A stretch of 64,000 nt of DNA. It comes from Nannocystales bacterium (lineage in GTDB: Bacteria; Myxococcota_A; Polyangia; Nannocystales; Nannocystaceae). The notes under the pieces were generated by a model. The model was given only the letters and a program-made list of their open reading frames with translations. It searched no databases and was not told where the DNA came from. Shown here one piece after another: positions 39,142-46,593 of the stretch. Location: positions 224,001-288,000 of the forward strand of contig JBOEGF010000024.1 in NCBI GenBank assembly GCA_050633305.1, given 5' to 3'. Both the position numbers and the translations under genes were made by a program. Every line of letters begins with the position of its first letter. The stretch's first letter is position 1.

Positions 39142-41060
39142 CGGAACGACTTGGGAGCCTTGACGTCGAGCTTCAGGCGGTGCGTGCCCACGACGATCGA
39201 CTTCGTGGGGATGACCCGCCGGGACATCTGTTTGAGGCGGAGAGAAGGGCGTGTGGCCCCGCGGTCGAGCATGGTCTCGAGCACGCTGTCGGGGAGGGCA
39301 GGCATCAGGCCTTCTCGTGTCGCGAGGCCTTCGCCTTCCCGGTAGATGGTGGCGACGACCGACCGCGAAGGGTAGGACTGGGTCAGCGTCGTGATGAGGT
39401 CGTCCAGATCGTCGGACAGGGGACGGAGTGGGACGACGAGGTCGCCGGCGGCGAGTTCGACGACGATCTGTTCGCCTGCGGCATCGTCGGGGACCCGAAT
39501 CGGGAAGATCTCCGTGCGTGCGTCGCCGTCGTAGTTGCGGAAGGTGACCTCGACCTCGAGCAGGTCGCCTGCACGCACGGTGCTCTGAACAAACCGGACG
39601 TTCTCGATCTGGTCGACCGGGGCGCCGTATTCCATCGTGATGTCGTGCCGGATGTCTTTGATGGCCGCGACCTCGAAGTCGTTGTCGAGCAGTGCAAGGA
39701 CCGAAAGCACGCTGCGGGTTCGCCCGGCGATGCGGCCGACGAGGCCTCCGGAGAAGAACACCTCTTCGTTGACCTCGAGCTCGTGACGTCCCTTGGACGA
39801 CTCGTACTCGATCTCGGTGTGAAGCTTGAAGACCACCTCGGTCGAGTCCCGACCCGCCTCATCCAGCGCCTCGGCGAGAATCGACGCGACCAAGTTGGGC
39901 GTGAGGTCGACGCCAAAGGACACCCGGTTGTTGTAGGTGCGCGGAGGCAGGTCTGCGTCCGGCCCCTGAATGTTGGTGGTCACCGGGATCATCGGCGCCC
40001 GCTTGTCGGTACGCAGAGCGATGGCCGCCTGGCGGTCTTGGTACATCAGCCCATCGATCGACAGCGGGCTGCTGACCTTCACGGAGCGCTGATAGCTGTT
40101 GATGATGGTGTGCACCCGGGCGTGCCCCATGGGGACGTTGGTGGGCCCGGCATCGAACATCGAGTGTCCGAAAGCCAGCAGCCGATCGCCCTTGGGGTTG
40201 ACCCAGGTGACGGTGCCGTTGCCTGCGACGGAGCTGTCTCCGTCGATCAGGATGACGGAGACCGAGTCGCCGCCCGACCACCCTTTTGACTGGCCTTTGG
40301 TCTCGCCTTTGCCTTTGGTGCCGCCGCTAGGGGCAGCCGAGCCTCGGCCTCCTCCGCGGCCTCCTCCGCGGACAGGGGTCATGCCCAGCGCGTCCCCGAG
40401 CATGCGGCTGGCGTCGGCGCCCAAGCCGGAGATCGACAGGGGGACCGACAGCGGTACCAGCGACTCACTGGCGTCGAGGTCGTCGGCGCGGCGACGGGCG
40501 GGCAGGGGAGAGGTCTCCAGGCCCAACATCGCGTCCGCCCAAGCTCGTGTGCCGCGTCGTCGCTTGCCGCGTGCCTTGCCCCCGGTTTCGGGGTGGGGGA
40601 GTACGTCGGGCCGATACGGCAGGTCGCCGACTTGGTGCATGTTGCTGATCGGCGTCAGCGCCCCAAGAGCGTCCTTGTTGAAGGGCCATCCATAGGAGAG
40701 CGCGCCGACGAGTTTGCCCTCGATGAAGATGGGGCTGCCGCTCATGCCGCCGACGATGGAGCTGTGCACCATGCGGGGGTCGTTCGACTTGAAGAGGACG
40801 GCATCCTGCTTCGGGAGGTAGTTGTGGATCACATCCACAATCTCCACCTCGAACTTGTCGGTGTGCTCGCCCTTGAAGACGGTGACGGCGTGGCCTCGCA
40901 TTCCGGGGCGCACGTCGGAGACCGGCATCGTCTCCACCTTGCGCGCAGCCGTGGCCTCGGGCTGAGCGGCGAAGCCCAACCCCACGGCGAGGCCGGCAGC
41001 GGCAAGGGCCCCCAACGAGGTGAGGCGCAGACGCCTACGAGCGGGGTGGGGTTCGTTCAT
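39138..41060 (-). CDS. SpoIVB-like peptidase S55 domain protein
   Basis: VRPGMRG..VTVF.G, GGMSGSPIFIEGKLVGA, GTVT, AFGH; N-terminal signal or anchor. Confidence 0.88.
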   Translation of the reverse strand: MNEPHPARRRLRLTSLGALAAAGLAVGLGFAAQPEATAARKVETMPVSDVRPGMRGHAVTVFKGEHTDKFEVEIVDVIHNYLPKQDAVLFKSNDPRMVHSSIVGGMSGSPIFIEGKLVGALSYGWPFNKDALGALTPISNMHQVGDLPYRPDVLPHPETGGKARGKRRRGTRAWADAMLGLETSPLPARRRADDLDASESLVPLSVPLSISGLGADASRMLGDALGMTPVRGGGRGGGRGSAAPSGGTKGKGETKGQSKGWSGGDSVSVILIDGDSSVAGNGTVTWVNPKGDRLLAFGHSMFDAGPTNVPMGHARVHTIINSYQRSVKVSSPLSIDGLMYQDRQAAIALRTDKRAPMIPVTTNIQGPDADLPPRTYNNRVSFGVDLTPNLVASILAEALDEAGRDSTEVVFKLHTEIEYESSKGRHELEVNEEVFFSGGLVGRIAGRTRSVLSVLALLDNDFEVAAIKDIRHDITMEYGAPVDQIENVRFVQSTVRAGDLLEVEVTFRNYDGDARTEIFPIRVPDDAAGEQIVVELAAGDLVVPLRPLSDDLDDLITTLTQSYPSRSVVATIYREGEGLATREGLMPALPDSVLETMLDRGATRPSLRLKQMSRRVIPTKSIVVGTHRLKLDVKAPKSFR

Positions 41061-41538
41061 GTCGGGAGAGGGCCTTTCGCATCACACCCGCGAGGTCGTC
41101 CCCGGGTGTGTAGAAGTGTCGATGGCGCTCGCGCGCCTCGTTGGTGAGGGTCAAGTCCTGCACGCCCTGCGGGGAGATGAAGACAACCCGCGGGATGTAC
41201 TCCCCATCGGGTGCATACTTGAGCGCCTCGGGTTGCTCGTCTTGGTCCGCATTGACCATGATGAACCGCTGGGAAAGCGTCTCGATCTCGGAATCCGAGA
41301 AGGCGGGCTTGAGCTCTTTGCATCGCTTACACCAGCTGGCGTGCACGACGAGCATGATGGGCATGCCCTCCGCTTTTGCATGAGCGAGCGCGCCCTCGAG
41401 AGGTTCCCACGGAATGCCCTCACCGAACCCATGCGCGTCTGCTGTGGCAGATCGCGGGGGTCCGACGGGGGCGGGGTCCTCCTTGGAGCACGCCCCGACG
41501 AGGAGGACGCCACACAGGCTGACTGCGAGTCGCAACAC
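41035..41538 (-). CDS. Lipoprotein thioredoxin-fold oxidoreductase (WCKRC), ERp18/TXNDC12-like
   Basis: Lipobox VGAC; HASWCKRCKELKP; FIMVN; PDGEYIPRVVF cis-Pro loop. Confidence 0.88.
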   Translation of the reverse strand: MLRLAVSLCGVLLVGACSKEDPAPVGPPRSATADAHGFGEGIPWEPLEGALAHAKAEGMPIMLVVHASWCKRCKELKPAFSDSEIETLSQRFIMVNADQDEQPEALKYAPDGEYIPRVVFISPQGVQDLTLTNEARERHRHFYTPGDDLAGVMRKALSRHERTPPRS

Positions 41539-41704
41539 CGTTCGCGGAAGATATCACGGCAGGAGAGGGGAGCACCGTCTCGCCTGCGCAGTGCCAAACT
41601 GGCCAACCCGTCGCTTGCGTGGCCCGCTGGTGGGACGGGCGCCGTGCGGTCGGTCCCAGATTTCAGCACTCCGGGGTGGCACGGGCGTTGAAACAAGGCC
41701 GGCC

Positions 41705-42379
41705 ATGCTGAACGCGGTTGTCACTTCGCTGCATGTCACCGATCGGCCGCGAGAGCGCCTCTTCCTGCATGGGCCCGCCGCGCTGCGCGACGTGGAGTTG
41801 GTCGCGTTGGTGCTGGGCGGAGGCCGTTCACTCAGCCGAGCGGCGGTGGTCCTGCAGCAGCTCGGTGGGCTTCGCTCGCTGCGCTCGGCGACGGCTCTCG
41901 AGTTGCTGCGTGGCGATGGGCTGGGGGAGGCTGGCGCTTCGGCGTTGTGTGCCGCTTTCGAGCTCGGACGGCGTGCAGCCCAACTCGAGATCCCCCTGGG
42001 AACACCCCTTCGGACCCCTTCGGACGTCGGCACCTATGTTCGTGCCCGGCTCGGCGATGCGCCCTCGGAGCGGTTCGTGGTCCTGGGACTCGACGCTCGG
42101 CAGCGCGTACGGTTGGTGGAGACCGTCGCGATCGGCTCGTTGTCCTCGGTGGAGGTTCACCCCCGGGAGGTTTTTCGGCCGCTCGTGCGAGGCGGTTTGC
42201 ACTCGGTGATCGCGGTGCACAACCATCCGAGTGGTGACCCTACGCCGAGCGAGGCGGACCTGGAGCTCACGAACCGATTGTCCGAGGTTGGGCTTCTGGT
42301 CGGCATCCCGCTGCTCGACCACCTGGTCGTCACCCGAACCGAGTCCGTATCGATGGCGATGCTTGGGCTGCTGCCATGA
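41705..42379 (+). CDS. radC: RadC/JAB-domain protein (UPF0758)
   Basis: RPRERL, VHPREVF, HNHPSGDPTPSEAD, LLDHLVV. Confidence 0.93.
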   Translation: MLNAVVTSLHVTDRPRERLFLHGPAALRDVELVALVLGGGRSLSRAAVVLQQLGGLRSLRSATALELLRGDGLGEAGASALCAAFELGRRAAQLEIPLGTPLRTPSDVGTYVRARLGDAPSERFVVLGLDARQRVRLVETVAIGSLSSVEVHPREVFRPLVRGGLHSVIAVHNHPSGDPTPSEADLELTNRLSEVGLLVGIPLLDHLVVTRTESVSMAMLGLLP

Positions 42380-42499
42380 CGCGTTGCGCGCGCCGACGCT
42401 CCCTGACTGGCGAAGGCCGGCCCTCGGACCCTTGCGGTCGGTTGGGAATAGCTTGGGTGCCGGGCGGTTGGCAGGGGCTACACTCCCTTGGAGTCGCGA

Positions 42500-43627
42500 A
42501 TGAACTGGAAGCGCATCAAGGCCGTCGGCAAGCTTCTGCTGCTCTTCGGCACCCCCTTGCTGGTGGTCCTGGGTCTGTTCGGATCCGGCGTCTACGTTGG
42601 AAACCTCTATCGCCACGGGGTCACGTCGTTCGAGAAAGAGTGGCTGGGGCTCGACATCGAGGTCGCCCCGCCGCATCCCGGCGACGACGACTCCGAGGAG
42701 AAGGACGCCTCGGACGACAGCTCCGATGAGAAGGACGACTCCGAGAAGAAGGACGATCCGGACGACGACTCCGAGAAGAAGGACGACTCGGACGACGACT
42801 CCGAGAAGAAGGACGACTCGGACGACGACTCCGAGAAGAAGGAGGACGATGCGGGGCACGACAAGGACGAGCGTCCCGACGAGCCGGACGTGAAACCGGA
42901 GCCCGTCCCCGAGCCCGCCGCCCTCACGCCTCCTCCGGTCGAGCCCCCATCGCCTCCCCTTGCGCCGCTCGTGGATCCGCTCGAGGGGGCGCTTGCTGGG
43001 AGGTTGGGAGTACCCGTGACGGTCGAGGTGAAGGTCCTCGTCGACGACACCCTCATCGAACAGCACCCGGACTGGATCGACTACGTCCAGCGCACGCTCA
43101 GCGAGGCATCTTCGATCTACGAGAAGCAGTTCGGCGTCACGCTTGAATTGGCCTCGGTCGGTCGATGGGGCGTTCCCACGGCCGGGATGTCCTCCGGCGA
43201 GCTCCTCGAGGATGTCGAGGCAAGGCCGCGCGAAGCGGCACACCTCATCGTTGGCTTCACGGGCCGTCCGCTGGACGACCGAACTTCGGGCAAGGCCTTC
43301 ACGCCCCCCGAGGACGGCCCGTACAACGGCTCTGCGGCGGTTGTCTATGCGACTCGCCAGCGCCGCAACGCACACCTACGGGGTCTGCTTCACGAGGTCG
43401 GCCACTTGTTTGGCGCCCTCGACATCACCGACCCATCTGCGCCCGGCTACAAGTCGGGCAGCTGGATGAGCTACGCGCCGGTCGCTCCGGGTCAGGCTCC
43501 TTGGATTGATCCGAGCAACCGGTCCCGTGTCCTCGCGCGAAAAGACAAACCCTTCGCACCCACGGGCGCGATGACGGTCGCCCCAGAAGCACCGGCCGCG
43601 CGCCCCTCGGAGGAGAACCCGAAATGA
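42500..43627 (+). CDS. Membrane-anchored zinc metalloprotease (metzincin, reprolysin-like) with acidic repeat stalk
   Basis: N-terminal TM helix; HEVGHLFGALD; Met-turn SWMSY. Confidence 0.82.
   Translation: MNWKRIKAVGKLLLLFGTPLLVVLGLFGSGVYVGNLYRHGVTSFEKEWLGLDIEVAPPHPGDDDSEEKDASDDSSDEKDDSEKKDDPDDDSEKKDDSDDDSEKKDDSDDDSEKKEDDAGHDKDERPDEPDVKPEPVPEPAALTPPPVEPPSPPLAPLVDPLEGALAGRLGVPVTVEVKVLVDDTLIEQHPDWIDYVQRTLSEASSIYEKQFGVTLELASVGRWGVPTAGMSSGELLEDVEARPREAAHLIVGFTGRPLDDRTSGKAFTPPEDGPYNGSAAVVYATRQRRNAHLRGLLHEVGHLFGALDITDPSAPGYKSGSWMSYAPVAPGQAPWIDPSNRSRVLARKDKPFAPTGAMTVAPEAPAARPSEENPK
42683..42843 (+). repeat. In-frame 30-bp tandem repeat encoding DDDSEKKDDS
   Basis: GACGACGACTCCGAGAAGAAGGACGACTCG is identical at 42761-42790 and 42791-42820, with degenerate copies flanking. 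Confidence 0.9.
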
Positions 43628-43851
43628 GCAGCGACAAACCGGTCCCCACCAAGGGCGAACTCGAGAAGAAAACCGACTCTGCGGAGGAAGAGTCTGGCGG
43701 ACGCGGTCGGCTCTCGTGGATGCTCGGATGGATCGCGCTTCCGGGCGCGGTCCTCGGCGGTCTGTTCGGCGGAGGAGTCCTCGTCGGGGCGAACTTCCAC
43801 GACAGCTGGTTCACGCGCGCGTTCGTCTGGATCGGCGAGCTGTTCTTCTAG
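43624..43851 (+). CDS. Small membrane protein (75 aa)
   Basis: GGAGGAG RBS; ATGA overlap with the protease stop; one Gly-rich TM segment. Confidence 0.75.
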   Translation: MSSDKPVPTKGELEKKTDSAEEESGGRGRLSWMLGWIALPGAVLGGLFGGGVLVGANFHDSWFTRAFVWIGELFF

Positions 43852-43927
43852 AGCGCCTCACAACGGCGTCGTCGAAGAATACGTCGCGCGCCACCGGGGT
43901 GGCGGTGTCCAACGCTCGGGACGCCCT

Positions 43928-44737
43928 CTAGCGCGTTGGACGGATGAAGGCGTGGATCCGGGCGCCTTTGGGCGTGGGATCGACTGGCGGGTGATCTGCG
44001 ACGAGGCGCTCGATGACGGGGAGCGCTCGCGTGATGGTGGTCTCGGCGTGCAGGGGCGAGAACTCGTCGTCGAAGAGGACGATCAAGCGGTAGATCGCCG
44101 CGAACGGACGCACGATCACGCTCAAGGGGTCTCGGTCCCAGGACCACGCGCCGTTCTGGTTCGAAGCCTGAGCGATGGCCGCCCACGTCGTGAGAAGGAG
44201 GTCCGACCCGATATCCTCGATGGCGTCGGCGATCGTCGCGAGGTGAGGGACGAGCGCCCGGGGCGTGGGCGGGAGCTGTTGGCCGTCGAGCCATCCGAGG
44301 ATCTGTTTTGGCGAGTGCTCGCCGAGGGCTTCGCCGACCCGCCGAGCCTGGTCGGCGTCGCCGAGCCACGCGCCATCTCGCGAAGCGCCCCAGACCATGG
44401 GAGAGCGGTCGTCGACGACCCAAGCACACGATGCGCCGACCCGGTCGACGAGCACATCGAGCATCTGCCGAAGAGGGGCGCCCGCGTCGGATTGGGTTTG
44501 CGGAACGGGTGCCTCTCCAGTGGCTTCGAGCAGGACGCGATCGAAGGACGAGACGAGCTCGTCGAGTTGGGCACGTGCCTCATCGGTCGGCTCGTCGAGG
44601 TCTGCGCAGAGCCGCCAGCCATCCCGAATCGTCGCGGACACGGCGTTGGGCGGCGGTGCGTTGCCGTACTCGACCCACGACCGCGTCGCGCCGAGTTCAC
44701 GGCACACCAGCGCGAGCAATCGATCGAGAGCCTGCAT
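43928..44737 (-). CDS. Hypothetical protein, possible Roadblock/longin-like domain
   Basis: GGAGG RBS before ATG 44737; LDVLVDRVGASCAWVVDD...RPFAAIYRLIVLF pattern. The fold is an inference. Confidence 0.7.
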   Translation of the reverse strand: MQALDRLLALVCRELGATRSWVEYGNAPPPNAVSATIRDGWRLCADLDEPTDEARAQLDELVSSFDRVLLEATGEAPVPQTQSDAGAPLRQMLDVLVDRVGASCAWVVDDRSPMVWGASRDGAWLGDADQARRVGEALGEHSPKQILGWLDGQQLPPTPRALVPHLATIADAIEDIGSDLLLTTWAAIAQASNQNGAWSWDRDPLSVIVRPFAAIYRLIVLFDDEFSPLHAETTITRALPVIERLVADHPPVDPTPKGARIHAFIRPTR

Positions 44738-44750
44738 TCCTCCCGACAGG

Positions 44751-46457
44751 TTAGCGCGCGCTGGGCGAGGATGCGGCGCCGATTCGGGGCGCTCGTCGAG
44801 TCTCCCGGACCATCTCGTCTCGATACCGCTCGACTTCGTCCTCAATCTCGGCGCCGCGGCCACCGCGGGCATCGACCAGAAGGGTGGCGACGTCGCGGGC
44901 GACACTCCCTCCAAGGTCGCTGGCGGTCAGCGCGAGCGGGATGCGTCGCCGCAACACATCCGACACGTGCTGCGCGCCTTCGTGCTGAACAGCGTGTTGG
45001 AGCTCGATTCGGCGGTACGGGAGGTCGGAGACGATTCTCGCTTCGAGCCCGGCCGTACTTCGAGCTTGCGTTGCGAGCCTCCGGGCGGCGGGCCCATGTC
45101 GACCCCAGAGATCTGCGACCAAGGGATCGACTCGCTCCTCCTCCGACAACGGCTCGCTCGGTACGAGCACCGAGGTTGCCGTCGAACAAGCGCTCGGTTT
45201 CGGTCGATCGGCGGGCCACTGGTCGCGGAGCCGGTCGATCACGAGGTCGACGACCTCTTCGGCCATTGCGCGGAACGTGGTGAGTTTGCCCCCGACCAGA
45301 CCGAGCGCGCCGTTGTCCCCTTTGACGATCCGGTGCTTGCGAGAGACTTCGACCGACTCTCCGCTCGCACCCTCGGGCCGCACGAGCGGCCGAACGCCGG
45401 CCCACGTGCTGATGATGTTCTCCGGGCTGAGGCCGGCGCCGGGCATCACGCGTCGCACGGTCTCGAGCAGCTCGAGTTCTTCGTGTTCGAGCACGCCGCA
45501 GCCCGCCGGGTCTCCCTCATAGGGAGTGTCGGTCGTCCCGACGTACGTCCGCGATCCCCAGGGGACGACGAAGAGGATCCGGCGTGCATCGCCGGGGGCC
45601 TGAACGACGACGGGTCGTCGCACCGGCACATCCTCGGACCGAAGGACCAAGTGCACGCCCTTGGACTTCAGGACCAGCTCCGTGCCGGGATCCCCCAGCA
45701 GCGTTCTGCCGGTCCACGGTCCCGTGGCGACAACAACCTCGCGGGCGTGGGCGAGGGAACCGCCATCGAGGTGGACGTCGATGCCCGCTTCGACCCGTTC
45801 GACGCGCTCGACGGCGGTGTACGTCAGCACATCCGCTCCATGGCGCCGGGCATCCTGCAGCACCGTCAGGGTCAGCCGGGCGTCGTCGGTGACTGCGTCT
45901 TCGTACAGCACCGCGCCCCGCAGTCCGTCCTCGGCCAGCAGAGGTTCGAGCTCGAGACACCGCTTCGCATCCGCGGAGTCGTGGCCCTCCCCGCGAAACA
46001 GGTTGAGCGCGTCGTAGAGCGTCAGGCCCATCCGCAGCATCCACGGCCCGAGGCGATCTCCCCGGTAGGCCGGAAAGAGGAACCGCGCGGGCTCCACGAG
46101 GTGGGGCGCCGCGTCGTAGAGGCGGGCGCGCTCCCGGAGGGCCTCATAGACCAGGCCAACCTGGCCCTGTTCGAGGTAGCGGACTCCGCCGTGAATCAGC
46201 CGGCTGGAGCGGGAACTGGTCCCATGGGCGACGTCGGCCGCGTCCACGACGAGAACGCTCAAACCCCGCCGTGCGGCATCTCGGGCCACGCCGGCCCCGC
46301 TGATCCCCGCGCCGACGACTACCAAATCCCACATCTTTCCGTCCGCGATGTGCGAGCGGGCGTCGCGGGACTGCTGGGCTCCCCAGGGCTGCCATGCGTC
46401 GTCCGCGTGGACGGAGACGGGGTCAGAGGGGGACGAGGGGGAAGCTGGGTCGGGCAC
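44751..46457 (-). CDS. glpD: FAD-dependent glycerol-3-phosphate dehydrogenase
   Basis: VVGAGISG, GTSSRSSRLIHGGVRYLE, DDARL, KGVHL, GTTD, AGVRPL, GGKLTTFRAMAE. Confidence 0.95.
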   Translation of the reverse strand: MPDPASPSSPSDPVSVHADDAWQPWGAQQSRDARSHIADGKMWDLVVVGAGISGAGVARDAARRGLSVLVVDAADVAHGTSSRSSRLIHGGVRYLEQGQVGLVYEALRERARLYDAAPHLVEPARFLFPAYRGDRLGPWMLRMGLTLYDALNLFRGEGHDSADAKRCLELEPLLAEDGLRGAVLYEDAVTDDARLTLTVLQDARRHGADVLTYTAVERVERVEAGIDVHLDGGSLAHAREVVVATGPWTGRTLLGDPGTELVLKSKGVHLVLRSEDVPVRRPVVVQAPGDARRILFVVPWGSRTYVGTTDTPYEGDPAGCGVLEHEELELLETVRRVMPGAGLSPENIISTWAGVRPLVRPEGASGESVEVSRKHRIVKGDNGALGLVGGKLTTFRAMAEEVVDLVIDRLRDQWPADRPKPSACSTATSVLVPSEPLSEEERVDPLVADLWGRHGPAARRLATQARSTAGLEARIVSDLPYRRIELQHAVQHEGAQHVSDVLRRRIPLALTASDLGGSVARDVATLLVDARGGRGAEIEDEVERYRDEMVRETRRAPRIGAASSPSAR

Positions 46458-46593
46458 GGACGAGCTCGCGCATGGTGCCTACGTCAGCGGAGGGGGATGG
46501 TCAAACGTTCCCCGCCACGATTGTTGCAACCGTCGGTTGCGCGAAGCGCCACACGTTGTGACACTCCCCTTGCCAACCCGAACAGGAGCCTCG

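Noticed and set aside
41705..42379. RadC as a marker of a mobile element
   Set aside because: Full-length chromosomal-type RadC; no integrase, att sites or compositional shift nearby.
42683..42843. 30-bp repeats as a possible CRISPR array (also 48208-48672)
   Set aside because: Contiguous in-frame coding repeats with no unique spacers and no cas genes.
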